NCBI GenBank assembly: GCA_965218425.1
Contig: OZ244621.1
Location: 2,816,001 to 2,880,000 of the forward strand
Reading direction: 5' to 3'
DNA from: an uncultured Candidatus Binatia bacterium
Lineage (GTDB): Bacteria > Desulfobacterota > Binatia > UBA9968 > CAXXLF01
DNA length: 64,000 nucleotides
This document shows, in pieces, positions 30,018 to 39,551 of the stretch. Position 1 is the first letter of the stretch; each line of letters opens with the position of its first letter. The notes beneath the pieces were generated by a model. That model worked only from the letters and a program-made list of their open reading frames with translations. It had not been told where the DNA came from and ran no database searches. Made by a program: the position numbers and the translations under genes.

Positions 30018-31010
30018 ATGAGTAAAGGAGAAGAGGCGATTCGCATCGCCATGGGAGAGAGCCTTTGGACGAGGGCCATCTTGGATGGGACGGTTAAAGT
30101 CGAAAGCTTTCCAGTGGAGTTCCATTCCAAGGTGACTCTCCCGGATCGTTTGCACGGCGTGAGGGAGGGGAAATGGGACGGCGGCGACGGTACTCTGACG
30201 GACTACCTTTTGGAGAAAGATCGCCATGAGGGTATTCCCAAGGTGGCACTGCCTGTATTTATGTTGGGCGGGTTTCGCCAACGCACATTGCTCATGCGCC
30301 GCGACGGATTGTCTCCAGAGGACCTCAAGGGAAGAAAGGTCGCCTTGCCGCGGGTTTTGACTCCGGGCGGGGTCTATATGCGCGGTTTTCTGGACGAGGA
30401 GTTCGGCATCTCTCGGGACAAAGTGGAGTGGTACACCATCCATGGAGCGGCTGAAGACGCTGAAGTTGCCTGGCTAAAAGGCCGCTTCGATCAACCGGAG
30501 GGCCTGGAGGCGGTGCGTGACGCGGCGGACCGCTTGACGCGGGGGGAAATCGACGCGCTGATCCATCCGGGCGCCCATGGCTTCGCTGCACTCTACGGCG
30601 GGGACAGGATGATCCAGGGCACCCTGGAACGCTTTCCCAAGCTCCATCAGCCCCTGGGCGACGCTGACGCCATCGCCGGCTGGTTCAAAAAAGCGAAGAT
30701 TTATCCCATCGTCCATTGCCTGCAGCTTCGCACAGACTGTCTGGAAGAAAACCCCGGTCTTGCCGAGAGCCTCATGGATGCGTTCAAGAAGGCCTGGGCC
30801 GTGAGTGAAGATCGTCTGAATGAAAAGGAAAAGGAACTGATCGAGAAAGAACGTTCGGTCCTGGACTTCGACGCCTATCAGTACGAACTAGGCGCGGTGC
30901 AGTTCCAAACCATTGAAAAACTCATGGACTACCTCCAGGCCGACGGTTTACTTGGTCAACGGTTTACGGTGAGGGAGATCTTCCCCGGCACGACCGCTAA
31001 AGTCGGCTGA
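30018..31010 (+). CDS. 4,5-dihydroxyphthalate decarboxylase-like (Pht5-type PBP-fold) protein
   Basis: TRAILDGTVKVE, ALPVF...FRQ, DLKGRKV, RGFLDEEFG and IYPIVH motifs. Confidence 0.7.
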   Translation: MSKGEEAIRIAMGESLWTRAILDGTVKVESFPVEFHSKVTLPDRLHGVREGKWDGGDGTLTDYLLEKDRHEGIPKVALPVFMLGGFRQRTLLMRRDGLSPEDLKGRKVALPRVLTPGGVYMRGFLDEEFGISRDKVEWYTIHGAAEDAEVAWLKGRFDQPEGLEAVRDAADRLTRGEIDALIHPGAHGFAALYGGDRMIQGTLERFPKLHQPLGDADAIAGWFKKAKIYPIVHCLQLRTDCLEENPGLAESLMDAFKKAWAVSEDRLNEKEKELIEKERSVLDFDAYQYELGAVQFQTIEKLMDYLQADGLLGQRFTVREIFPGTTAKVG

Positions 31011-31029
31011 TAGAAAGAAGTGAGCGAGA

Positions 31030-31416
31030 TTGGAATCGGTAAATGAACCCCTTCTATTTACGGCCCGTCGAATTCTAATCTATGTGGAAGACCTGGAGCG
31101 GGCGATTTCCTACTATCGGGATATCCTCGGATGCAAGCCCCTGAACGGTGTAGACGGGGTGAATTTCGAATTTGCAACCTCGGGCCCGCCGATTGTCCTG
31201 CACAAGGGCGGCAAGGCATCGCGAGATCCTCGTGGCTTGAATGGTCCGGTGCCGAGCTTCCAGGTCCCCAACATTCAACAAGCGGTTGCTATCTACAAGC
31301 AACGCGGCGTCCGCATGGTCCAAGACGTCCTGGAAGTCTCCCACGGCTGGATCGCCTTCATCGCCGACCTTGAAGGCAACGTGATTCAAATCTATCAGGC
31401 GAAGACGGGACACTGA
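31030..31416 (+). CDS. VOC/glyoxalase family protein
   Basis: IYVEDLERAISYYRDILG...FIADLEGNVIQI. Confidence 0.85.
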   Translation: MESVNEPLLFTARRILIYVEDLERAISYYRDILGCKPLNGVDGVNFEFATSGPPIVLHKGGKASRDPRGLNGPVPSFQVPNIQQAVAIYKQRGVRMVQDVLEVSHGWIAFIADLEGNVIQIYQAKTGH

Positions 31417-31444
31417 CCTGGGAAGAGCAAAGATTTCGATTTGG

Positions 31445-31477
31445 GCAACAGCCCGACAAGACGTAACCCCTATTACT
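31445..31477 (+). repeat. 33-bp junction motif, copy 1 of 3
   Basis: GCAACAGCCCGACAAGACGTAACCCCTATTACT; other copies at 36364-36396 and 39552-39584. Confidence 0.8.
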
Positions 31478-31500
31478 ATCCCCGCGCATGCGGAGGAACC
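31476..31500 (-). CRISPR. solitary truncated type I-E-like CRISPR repeat
   Basis: Minus strand GGTTCCTCCGCATGCGCGGGGATAG resembles I-E repeats (GxTTCCCCGC....GCGGGGAT...); single copy. Confidence 0.5.
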
Positions 31501-31525
31501 CGACCGGCGTCGTCGAGGGCAGCTG

Positions 31526-32366
31526 ATGAAAGGGGGCGGGAAGCTGGAGGCATTAAACGAGGAGAGCAAGGCCCCCCATAGGCGTAGGAGTCGTAGTTGG
31601 CCTCAGTTGGTGCTTGGACAGATTGGCCGCATAAGGACGGAGCACCCCAATCTAAGCAAAGAGAAGATCTATCTATCGCTCAAGCCGTGGTGTGAGAGGC
31701 AGGATCTGAGGTGTCCAAAGCCCAGGAGCATTGGCCGGATCATAGCTGGGGCTGTGGACAAGATGAGAACGGTTTCCATGAAGATAAGGTCTAACGGTCG
31801 TAGAGTAACCAACAAGCCGAAGCGGGCAAGAGACCCCCAGGGTTTTAGAGCGAGCGGTCCTGGTGAGTGCGGGGCCTTCGATAGGGTGGAGTTGTTCCTT
31901 GATGGGCTAATGAAGTATGGGATCACCTTCACTGATGTCTACTCCCGGTTCTGTTTTGCCTGGGCGAGCCATAGCCATGGTTGTGAGCCAGCACGGGAAG
32001 TCTACAGGGTGCTCAGCGAGGTGTTTCCCTATCCGCTTCAATATGTGCTCACAGACAATGGCTCTGAGTTCATGAAGCACTTCGATGGGGAACTGAGGAG
32101 GCTGGACAAGGTCCACTGGCATACTTAATCCCAAGAGCCCAAAAATGAATGTCCATGTGGAGAGGTTTAACCGTACCCTTCAAGAAGAGTTTCTCGATTA
32201 TCATGAGGAGTTGCTCATGGAGCCGGCAGCCTTTAACCGAGAGTTGATCCCGTGGCTGTTGTGGTATAACGAGGAGCGGCCCCATTGGGGATTGGAGTTG
32301 AAGTCGCCTGTGCAATTTCTAATGGAGCAAAGACCCGAAGAGTGCAAAATGTGGTGGCCCAATACA
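31526..32366 (+). mobile_element. IS481-family-like transposase pseudogene (5' truncated, frameshifted near 32127)
   Basis: Integrase core TDNGSEF, then PKMN.HVERFNRTLQEEF and YNEERPH in the next frame; element ends ...AATACA. Confidence 0.8.
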
Positions 32367-32720
32367 GGAACTTGTTATTTCATGAAAGGAAGAGTATGTT
32401 CTCTCCACAAGCGGGTGCCTTACCCCTCTTGCCGCAACGGCTGGCGATGACCGAGTTGGCTGTCAGCGTGAATTGGCCAAGTGAGAGCTCCTTGGCGGGT
32501 ACCGGTCATCGAATGCATCGTCGGGGAAAATAGTTTCTGAACCGCGCGCCCAGCCCTCCCTTGTATTCGAAAATAGCCGTTGCATTTCGATAAAACTGCA
32601 TCCGAATCTCATGGGTAAAGTAAGCAAGGGCGTGTCGATGCGCACCCACATCGGCTCGGGCCTCTATACGTGAGCGAGTTACGGTACGGCCCGGCACAAC
32701 ATTATGAGGAGGTATTTCTA

Positions 32721-33857
32721 ATGAAAAGAATCAGAGTGGCCATCGCCGGTATTGGCAACTGCGCGAGTTCCCTTATCCAGGGTTTGGAATACTACAAGGG
32801 ACAGAACGAGAGTGCGTTTGCCGGCCTCATGCATACCCGGATCGGCGATTGGGGTCCGAGCGACATCGAGATCGTGGCGGCCTTTGATATTGATCGGCGC
32901 AAGGTGGGCAAGCGGGTGGAGGAGGCGATTTTCGCCGAACCCAACTGCGCCAAGATTTTTCAGCGCATCCTGCCGGTTTCCGACGTCGTGGTGCGGATGG
33001 GGCCGGTTCTCGACGGTGTGGCGTCTCACATGGCCGATTATCCCGATGACGAGGCATTCCGCCCCTCCGACGAGGATCCGGTCGATGTCGTCCAAACCCT
33101 CAAGGACGCCAAGGCTGAAATTCTAGTCTGCTACATGCCGGTAGGCTCTGAGGCGGCGGTTCGGAGCTATGCTCGGGCATGCCTGGATGCCGGGGTCGCC
33201 ATGATCAACTGCGTTCCGGTGTTCATCGCCTCCGATCCCGAATGGGCTGAGAAATTCCGTCGCGCGGCCCTGCCTATCATCGGCGACGACATCAAAAGCC
33301 AGGTCGGCGCCACTATCGTGCACCGAACCCTGACCCGGCTATTCGGAGACAGGGGCGTGTCGCTTGATCGCACCTATCAGTTGAACACGGGCGGCAACAC
33401 GGATTTCCTCAATATGAAGGCTTTAGACCGCCTGAAGTCCAAAAAGGTCTCCAAGACGGAGTCCGTGCAGTCGCAATTGGACGAACGCCTGGTTTCTCGG
33501 GACATTCATATTGGACCGTCCGACTACGTGCCGTGGCAGGACGACAACAAGGTTGCCTTCATCCGGATGGAAGGCCGCGGCTTCGGGGACGTGCCGTTGG
33601 AACTCGAGCTCAGGTTGTCGGTCGAGGATTCCCCTAACAGCGGTGGTGTGGTCATCAATGCCATCCGTTGCGCCAAACTGGGGTTGGAGCGTGGCATCGG
33701 CGGACCATTGGAGGCGCCCTCCGCCTACTATATGAAAAGCCCGCCCAATCAGATGCGCGATTCGGTGGCCTATGATTTGACCGAGAAATTTATTCAAGGC
33801 AGTGATGCCTGCGGTATTTCCAGTATGGAGGCTATTCGAACAACCGTCGGTGAATAG
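32721..33857 (+). CDS. ino1: myo-inositol-1-phosphate synthase
   Basis: GIGNCASSL, GDDIKSQVGAT, QLNTGGNTDF, SKKVSKT and EDSPNSGG; GAGGAGG RBS. Confidence 0.95.
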   Translation: MKRIRVAIAGIGNCASSLIQGLEYYKGQNESAFAGLMHTRIGDWGPSDIEIVAAFDIDRRKVGKRVEEAIFAEPNCAKIFQRILPVSDVVVRMGPVLDGVASHMADYPDDEAFRPSDEDPVDVVQTLKDAKAEILVCYMPVGSEAAVRSYARACLDAGVAMINCVPVFIASDPEWAEKFRRAALPIIGDDIKSQVGATIVHRTLTRLFGDRGVSLDRTYQLNTGGNTDFLNMKALDRLKSKKVSKTESVQSQLDERLVSRDIHIGPSDYVPWQDDNKVAFIRMEGRGFGDVPLELELRLSVEDSPNSGGVVINAIRCAKLGLERGIGGPLEAPSAYYMKSPPNQMRDSVAYDLTEKFIQGSDACGISSMEAIRTTVGE

Positions 33858-34725
33858 CTCCGACAATCAGGCTGCCAATAATAGTCCTGGCGGTGCAAAC
33901 GTTGCCCTGACCGTAGCCTCGCCCTGGGTGGAGCGGTTACTCATGCTCCACCGCCAAGTGCGCAGTGCGGTCGCGAATGCAGACCGCGCTGGAACCGGAT
34001 CAAGGAACGCAAAGGGCGACGATGTCAAACGCTTCGACCTGGTCGCCAATGACACGGCTTTAGCTGTCCTGCGGGGACTCCAGTTGCCGATCGTCGTCGA
34101 TTCCGAGGAGAGCGGACCTTTGGAAATCGGTTCCGGCACGCCGCGATACCGTATCGTCCTCGATCCGGTGGATGGGTCCGACAACTGGGCGCAGGGGTTG
34201 CCGTTGTCGGCCTTGTCCTGCGCCGTGCTGCCGGCTGACGCCCCCCTCCATCCCGATTGGGTCGAAGTAGCTCTGGTCGGGCCGCTCGAGCCGGACACGC
34301 CCCTGATCGCGCTCAAGGGCTCCGGTACTTGGCGCGGGAAGGAACGCCTCCGGACTTTCGGCGTCCGCAAGATTGCCGGGGCCACGATCTCAGTCGAACT
34401 CAATCATCATTCCCCGTCGCCGGGCCTTGCCCGTCTGATGGTCGCTGCCAGAGGCGCGCGGTGCTACGGTTGCGCGTCACGCGCCATCTCCCTGGTCGCC
34501 GAGGGCGCGATTGATGCCCATGTGGACGCGCGTGGCCGTCTGACCGCTGAAAGCTACCTCGCTGCCGCACGATTGGTGATCGAGGCGGGGGGCTGGGTTG
34601 TCAGCCCCGACGGTGCGCCCCTGGCGGCGCCGGAGAATTTGACCGACCGCGTCAGTCTGGTCGCGGCGTCGAGCCGGGACCTGTGCGATGAAATCGTGGA
34701 AGTTTTGGGCGATGAACAACACTGA
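33850..34725 (+). CDS. inositol monophosphatase/FBPase superfamily phosphatase
   Basis: SEE, LDPVDGSDN and R.YGCAS motifs. Confidence 0.85.
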   Translation: MNSSDNQAANNSPGGANVALTVASPWVERLLMLHRQVRSAVANADRAGTGSRNAKGDDVKRFDLVANDTALAVLRGLQLPIVVDSEESGPLEIGSGTPRYRIVLDPVDGSDNWAQGLPLSALSCAVLPADAPLHPDWVEVALVGPLEPDTPLIALKGSGTWRGKERLRTFGVRKIAGATISVELNHHSPSPGLARLMVAARGARCYGCASRAISLVAEGAIDAHVDARGRLTAESYLAAARLVIEAGGWVVSPDGAPLAAPENLTDRVSLVAASSRDLCDEIVEVLGDEQH

Positions 34726-36088
34726 CTTGACCACGGCGGCGCCGGAGATGGCGCTGATCCTGGCTGCCGGATTGGGGTCGCGGCTTCGACCGCAAACCCA
34801 TACTCCGAAACCCCTGACCAGGGTGCTCGGATTGACCCTCGCGGAACGGACCGTGTGCACCTTGCTGGGCGCCGGCATCCGCCGATTCCTTGTCACCCTC
34901 GGTCATGAGGCTGAAGCGGTCAGGACCCATTTTTCCGATATCGTCCAACGTCGCGGCGTCACGATTGACTTCATCGAAGCCGAGGACTGGGAGCGCGGCA
35001 ATGGCGCCAGTGCCCTGGCGGCCAAGGGTCGCACCGGCGAGGCGCCCTTCTTCCTGGTCATGATCGATCATCTTTTCGATCCCCGGATCGCCCGGGCACT
35101 GGCCGACTACCCTCTTGCACCGGGAGAAATGTGCCTCGCCGTGGACCGCGACAAGTACAGCATCTTCGATCTCGACGATGTTACTCGGGTCAAGATCGAC
35201 GACGGGCGCATTGCGAAGATCGAGAAGACGCTCAACGATTGGGATGCTTGCGACACCGGGGTCATGCTTTGTACGTCCGGCCTGTTCGAGGGTCTCGAGC
35301 GCGCGGCGGCACGCAACGAGCATGGACTCTCCGACGGGCTCAGGGAACTGGCGGGCGAAGGCCGCGCGAGTACCGTCGATGTGACGGGAATGCCGTGGCT
35401 CGATGTGGATACACCCGAGGCCTTGCGTGAGGCCGGACGAAGGCTCATGCGCGACCAGGCCGGTAAAACCCGGGACGGGCCGGTGGCGCGCCATTTCAAC
35501 CGACGAGTTTCCCGTTGGCTCAGCCGCTATCTGGCTGCCACAGCCGTGACGCCTAACCAAATCTCGCTGGCATCCTGGTTGCTGTCGTGTATTGCGGCGG
35601 GATTGATGGCATTGGGCGGCTATCCGACCCTGGCCGCCGGCGGCTTGCTGGCACAACTGACCTCGGTCGTCGATGGATGCGATGGCGAGATCGCCCGGCT
35701 AAAGCATTCGCAGAGCGAGTTCGGCGGCTGGTTCGACGCGGTCCTCGACCGGTATGCCGACGCCATCCTGTTATTCGGTCTGATGTGGCATGAATTCGCG
35801 TCAACCGGCACACACTTGTCTCTCGTGCTGGGATTCGCGGCGATCGTGGGGTCGTTTCTGAACAGCTACACGGCGGATAAGTATGACGGGTTGATGGCGC
35901 ACAGACTGCAAGGCGCCTCATACTTTCGGCTGGGCCGGGACATGCGGGTGTTCGTCATTTTTATCGGCGCCATCTTCAACCTTCCTCTCGTCACCCTGGG
36001 TGTTGTCGCGGTGGTGATGAATGTGGAGGTGGTTCGGCGAATTGTCGTTTGTGCCGGCGCGGACACCAACGTAAAGGAGCGACTTTGA
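34712..36088 (+). CDS. bifunctional CTP:inositol-1-phosphate cytidylyltransferase / CDP-alcohol phosphotransferase (IPCT/DIPPS-like)
   Basis: N-terminal ILAAGLGSRL...PKPL and WLDVDTPE; C-terminal DGCDGEIAR...GGWFDAVLDRYAD and RD.R motifs. Confidence 0.9.
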   Translation: MNNTDLTTAAPEMALILAAGLGSRLRPQTHTPKPLTRVLGLTLAERTVCTLLGAGIRRFLVTLGHEAEAVRTHFSDIVQRRGVTIDFIEAEDWERGNGASALAAKGRTGEAPFFLVMIDHLFDPRIARALADYPLAPGEMCLAVDRDKYSIFDLDDVTRVKIDDGRIAKIEKTLNDWDACDTGVMLCTSGLFEGLERAAARNEHGLSDGLRELAGEGRASTVDVTGMPWLDVDTPEALREAGRRLMRDQAGKTRDGPVARHFNRRVSRWLSRYLAATAVTPNQISLASWLLSCIAAGLMALGGYPTLAAGGLLAQLTSVVDGCDGEIARLKHSQSEFGGWFDAVLDRYADAILLFGLMWHEFASTGTHLSLVLGFAAIVGSFLNSYTADKYDGLMAHRLQGASYFRLGRDMRVFVIFIGAIFNLPLVTLGVVAVVMNVEVVRRIVVCAGADTNVKERL

Positions 36089-36363
36089 AACAGGCGGGTG
36101 AAGAGGGGCGTCATCCTCCTCTCGCCGGCGCGCCGGGAATGGCGGGGACGGCTGTGGTTCGAGTAACGGCCGCAAGGGTAGGGCGTTCGTTTCATTGCTG
36201 GGATCGCCGGGAGATATTGGATAGGGTGCGTAGCCGGGCGCAGATTGAAGATTACTTGATAGCGATAGTGCAGAATACCGAGCTGTCGATTGATCATGCA
36301 TGGCCAAAACTCAGAGCGGTTATGGCTCGGTTGGATCTATTGCGCTAATTAACCGACGTTTGG

Positions 36364-36543
36364 GCAACGGCCCGGCAAGACTTGATCCCTTCTACTCGGG
36401 ATGTCGCGTTCTAATGAGGGGGGCGTGAGGCGCTGCCGGCCCCGATTTAACGGCCCTTTCAGGCCCGTTTTTCGAGCCCGAAATTCCCCGGAAAATCCTG
36501 CCGGTTTCCGGCCCGTTTCCACTTAATTTTGTCAGAATTTCCA
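36364..36543 (+). repeat. repeat A copy 1 (33-bp motif plus ~150 bp with phased A/T tracts)
   Basis: Aligns with 39552-39735, e.g. AACGGCCCTTTCAGGCCCGTTTTTCGAGCCC is identical. Confidence 0.9.
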
Positions 36544-36563
36544 ATTATTGCCGACCGCCTACA

Positions 36564-36816
36564 GGGACTCTGCGGGAGCCGAGACCGGAAATCAGTGACT
36601 TAGAGAGGGTAGAGTGGACCGAGATCGGGACCAAGAAGCAGCTTGACTTGGCAATACTTCAAAGAGTTGTAACGGCATCTGAGCAGTTCGAGATGATCTT
36701 CCCGTCGCAACATGCGCCGAGCGTGACTGAGGGTCCGGCGATTCCGGTAGGCCGTTAACCCATGCCATTTGAGCAGGTGACAAGAGACCCAACAACAATT
36801 GATTGCGGAAGCGCCG
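36564..36816 (+). repeat. repeat B copy 1 (non-coding, contains IHF consensus)
   Basis: Aligns with 39286-39507; AATCAGTGACTTA at 36590-36602. Confidence 0.9.
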
Positions 36817-36829
36817 AGGTGAGATGGCA

Positions 36830-37096
36830 GAGTGTACTAGGGCCAAGGACTTTCGTAGAAGAGGTAGAGGATCGATTCTTACGTGATCGAGAAACTGGCT
36901 TGACCGGGGTCGGTGGCGAATTATCTAATAAGGCGGTATAGTTTAGTGAGGTGAGTGGAGATAGGCGGGCAAGTCGGGTTGTAATATAGTACGGTGGGCA
37001 ATATGGTTTGCCGGGTTGCCGGGAGTAGGGACCGAGGCCTGCGTGCGGTATTGAATGAAACTGAGGTAGCAATCAAGAATCCATGGGCCCGACCCC
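36830..37096 (+). pseudogene. degenerate 3' remnant of a Y1/REP-associated-type transposase with C-terminal HTH
   Basis: Broken frames give VLGPRTFVEEV and EIGGQVGL*YSTVGNMV; ends in GACCCC. Confidence 0.45.
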
Positions 37097-37205
37097 CACA
37101 GTCGTACCGGCGACCTCTGCCGACGCCGAGGTGAAAATCTCCACCACGAACTTCGGAGAGGACACAAATGATTTTCGTTCTCAATCAACCTAAAAAGAGG
37201 CCTGC

Positions 37206-38795
37206 ATGCGCGTATTTTTGATTCACGTTCGCGACCCGCAGTTCTATGCACTGCCGGCGAAAACCCGCGCCAAGAACGGCAACATCCGGGTCATGGGGTT
37301 CCCGCCCATCGGGATCATGTCGCTCTCTGCCGTGCTCAAGCGTGCCGGCCACGAGTGCGTTATGTTCGACCAGGCCAATCCGGCAACACCGACCGAGGTC
37401 ATTATCGAGGAGATCAAGCGGCGGCGGCCGGCGCTGATCGGCCTGAGTTTCCTGAGCACCACGAGCTACCCGTATGCGAAGATCCTGGCCCGGCAGATCC
37501 GGGCGGCCGATCCGACGGTGCGCCTGGCATTCGGCGGGGTATTCGCCACCTTGAACGCACAACTGGTGAAGCGGCAATGCCCGGAAGTGGACTTCGTTTG
37601 CCGCGGCGACGGTGAGCAACTGATTCTCGACCTGGTGGAGCGGCTGGAAGACCCTGCCGACGTGGCCGGGGTTACCTGGGCCAAGGACGGGAAACCGGTG
37701 CATAACCTGGACCGGCCCCTGGAACGCCACCTCGATCAGTGGCCGTTCCCGGACCGGGAGAGCCTTCCCTTGGACTTCATCGAGTCCATGCCCCTCGATG
37801 TGCCCGCGGTCCTGTCCATGGATCGATTTACGACCATGCAGACCTCCCGCGGCTGCCCGTGGCCGTGCGTGTTCTGCGACATTCCGATCTTCAACGAAGG
37901 GAAGTGGCGCTCCCGTTCTCCTCGGCATGTTTTGGAGGAATTCGACCACCTGCAGCGGATGGGCTACGGGGCGGTCTACTTCGTGGACGACCACTTTCTA
38001 CTTCAGCCCAAGCGGATCGAAGCGATCTGCAAGGGTATCAACGAGAGGGGGATCACCATTGAGTGGGGCTGCGAAGGGCGCGTCGACTCGGTCGTCCAGC
38101 ACCTGTTTCCAGCCATGGCCGAGGCTCACTGCCGCACCCTTATGTTGGGAATCGAGTCCGGGAGTCAAAGGGTGCTCGATCGATTAAAGAAGGAACAAAC
38201 CCTTGCAGAGGTTGAGACAACCGTGGCCAATGCCAAGAACGCGGGAATTGAAATCGTGCACGGGTTTTTCGTTATCGGGAGCCCGGACGAGAAGGCTGAG
38301 GATGTTCGCGCCACGTTCGACTTCGCCGCAAGGCTTCCCCTGGACACCTTCGGGTTCAACCGCCTTTGCGTCTACCGCGGGACCCCGCTCTGGCACGAAT
38401 ACGTAGAGCGCGGCTTGGTCAACGACACCGATGATTGGTACAAGTATTTCAAGTGCACGGAGATCGATCCTACCTGTCTTTCCGGCGAAGCCGTAAACGT
38501 CGAGCGGACCGCCGGTTTGCGGCGGCTGTATCGCTACAAGCTCAGGCACTTCCCGCTCCAGACGTTTCGACTGCTGAGGCGTTTCCTCCGTCACATGCCG
38601 CTGCGCGACTTGATCTATCTTATCGGTAAGCCGTTCTTGGGGGCGAAGCGAGGGCCGACCAAGGCCGAAGTGCTTTCCCGCGCGGTCGATCACGGCGAAG
38701 CAAAGTCGGCGGCGGCGGAGCTCACACAGGTATCCGACCCCGTCCTTGCAAAGGTTGTGGAGCAGTCACTGTTGGAACGCCGGCGGCTGCAGTGA
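37206..38795 (+). CDS. B12-binding domain radical SAM protein
   Basis: PPIGIMSLSA, GGVFAT, TSRGCPWPCVFC and GIESGSQRVL motifs. Confidence 0.92.
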   Translation: MRVFLIHVRDPQFYALPAKTRAKNGNIRVMGFPPIGIMSLSAVLKRAGHECVMFDQANPATPTEVIIEEIKRRRPALIGLSFLSTTSYPYAKILARQIRAADPTVRLAFGGVFATLNAQLVKRQCPEVDFVCRGDGEQLILDLVERLEDPADVAGVTWAKDGKPVHNLDRPLERHLDQWPFPDRESLPLDFIESMPLDVPAVLSMDRFTTMQTSRGCPWPCVFCDIPIFNEGKWRSRSPRHVLEEFDHLQRMGYGAVYFVDDHFLLQPKRIEAICKGINERGITIEWGCEGRVDSVVQHLFPAMAEAHCRTLMLGIESGSQRVLDRLKKEQTLAEVETTVANAKNAGIEIVHGFFVIGSPDEKAEDVRATFDFAARLPLDTFGFNRLCVYRGTPLWHEYVERGLVNDTDDWYKYFKCTEIDPTCLSGEAVNVERTAGLRRLYRYKLRHFPLQTFRLLRRFLRHMPLRDLIYLIGKPFLGAKRGPTKAEVLSRAVDHGEAKSAAAELTQVSDPVLAKVVEQSLLERRRLQ

Positions 38796-39285
38796 TAGGT
38801 TTTGCGATTTAGGGTGAGGGTTTGTAATCGCACATCAATCAGGCGGCCGGCCCAAGTAAACAAGGCTCCGGGATCAATTCTTGGTTAATGAGGCGACAAA
38901 CGGAGGCGGGTGTTTCTTGATGAGGCTGAATATCCTGCGAAGATTCATTTTTAGGATATCGGCCATTTCGCCGGCTGATGAATTCGATGTCGGAACAGCA
39001 AGAATAAAGACCTGACGCCGTTGCCCTCATCGTCCCGGATGCCCAACGGATTGCGGGCGCCGGACAACCGCGCGGTCGGCGCCGGGTCCGCCTGTGAGAC
39101 GGTCGTCCCCGGGGGAAGGCGGCCCGCGGTGACCCGGGGGTTGTCATCCACGCGGGGTAGGGCGGCTGGCACGGCCCGGGCTTGCGGCCCCAACGGCGGC
39201 CTCGTCCGCCGGTCTTGGCGTCCGGAGCTCAACGCAGTCATCCTTGGGTATCGTCGAATTAATGATAATCCATCCGTTTTGCGGC

Positions 39286-39507
39286 GGGACTCTGCGGGAG
39301 CGGAGACCGGAAATCAGTGACTTGGAGTGGGTAGAGCGGGGCGAGATCGGGACCAGACAGCTTGAGTTGACGATACTTCAAGGAGTTGTGACGGCATCTG
39401 AACGGTTCGAGTAGATCTTCCGGTTACAGCGATTCAGGCAGGGCGTCAACCCATACGACATGAGCAGGCGGCAAGAGACCCGACAACAATTGATTGGGGA
39501 AGTGCCG
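39286..39507 (+). repeat. repeat B copy 2
   Basis: Direct copy of 36564-36816 with a ~30 bp deletion; AATCAGTGACTTG at 39312-39324. Confidence 0.9.
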
Positions 39508-39551
39508 TATAGCCAGAGGGCTCTGTTAACACACTAAAAATATCGATTTCA

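Noticed and set aside
19069..31010. Definite phthalate degradation pathway
   Set aside because: Family-level similarity only; no reductase or clear dihydrodiol dehydrogenase, so the substrate cannot be assigned
32126..32145. Programmed frameshift in the IS transposase
   Set aside because: Best explained by a 1-nt insertion in a TAT codon inside the catalytic core; the 5' end is also missing
36049..36348. 99-aa ORF after the IPCT/DIPPS gene
   Set aside because: Overlaps the upstream gene; possibly a clipped gene tail but not identifiable
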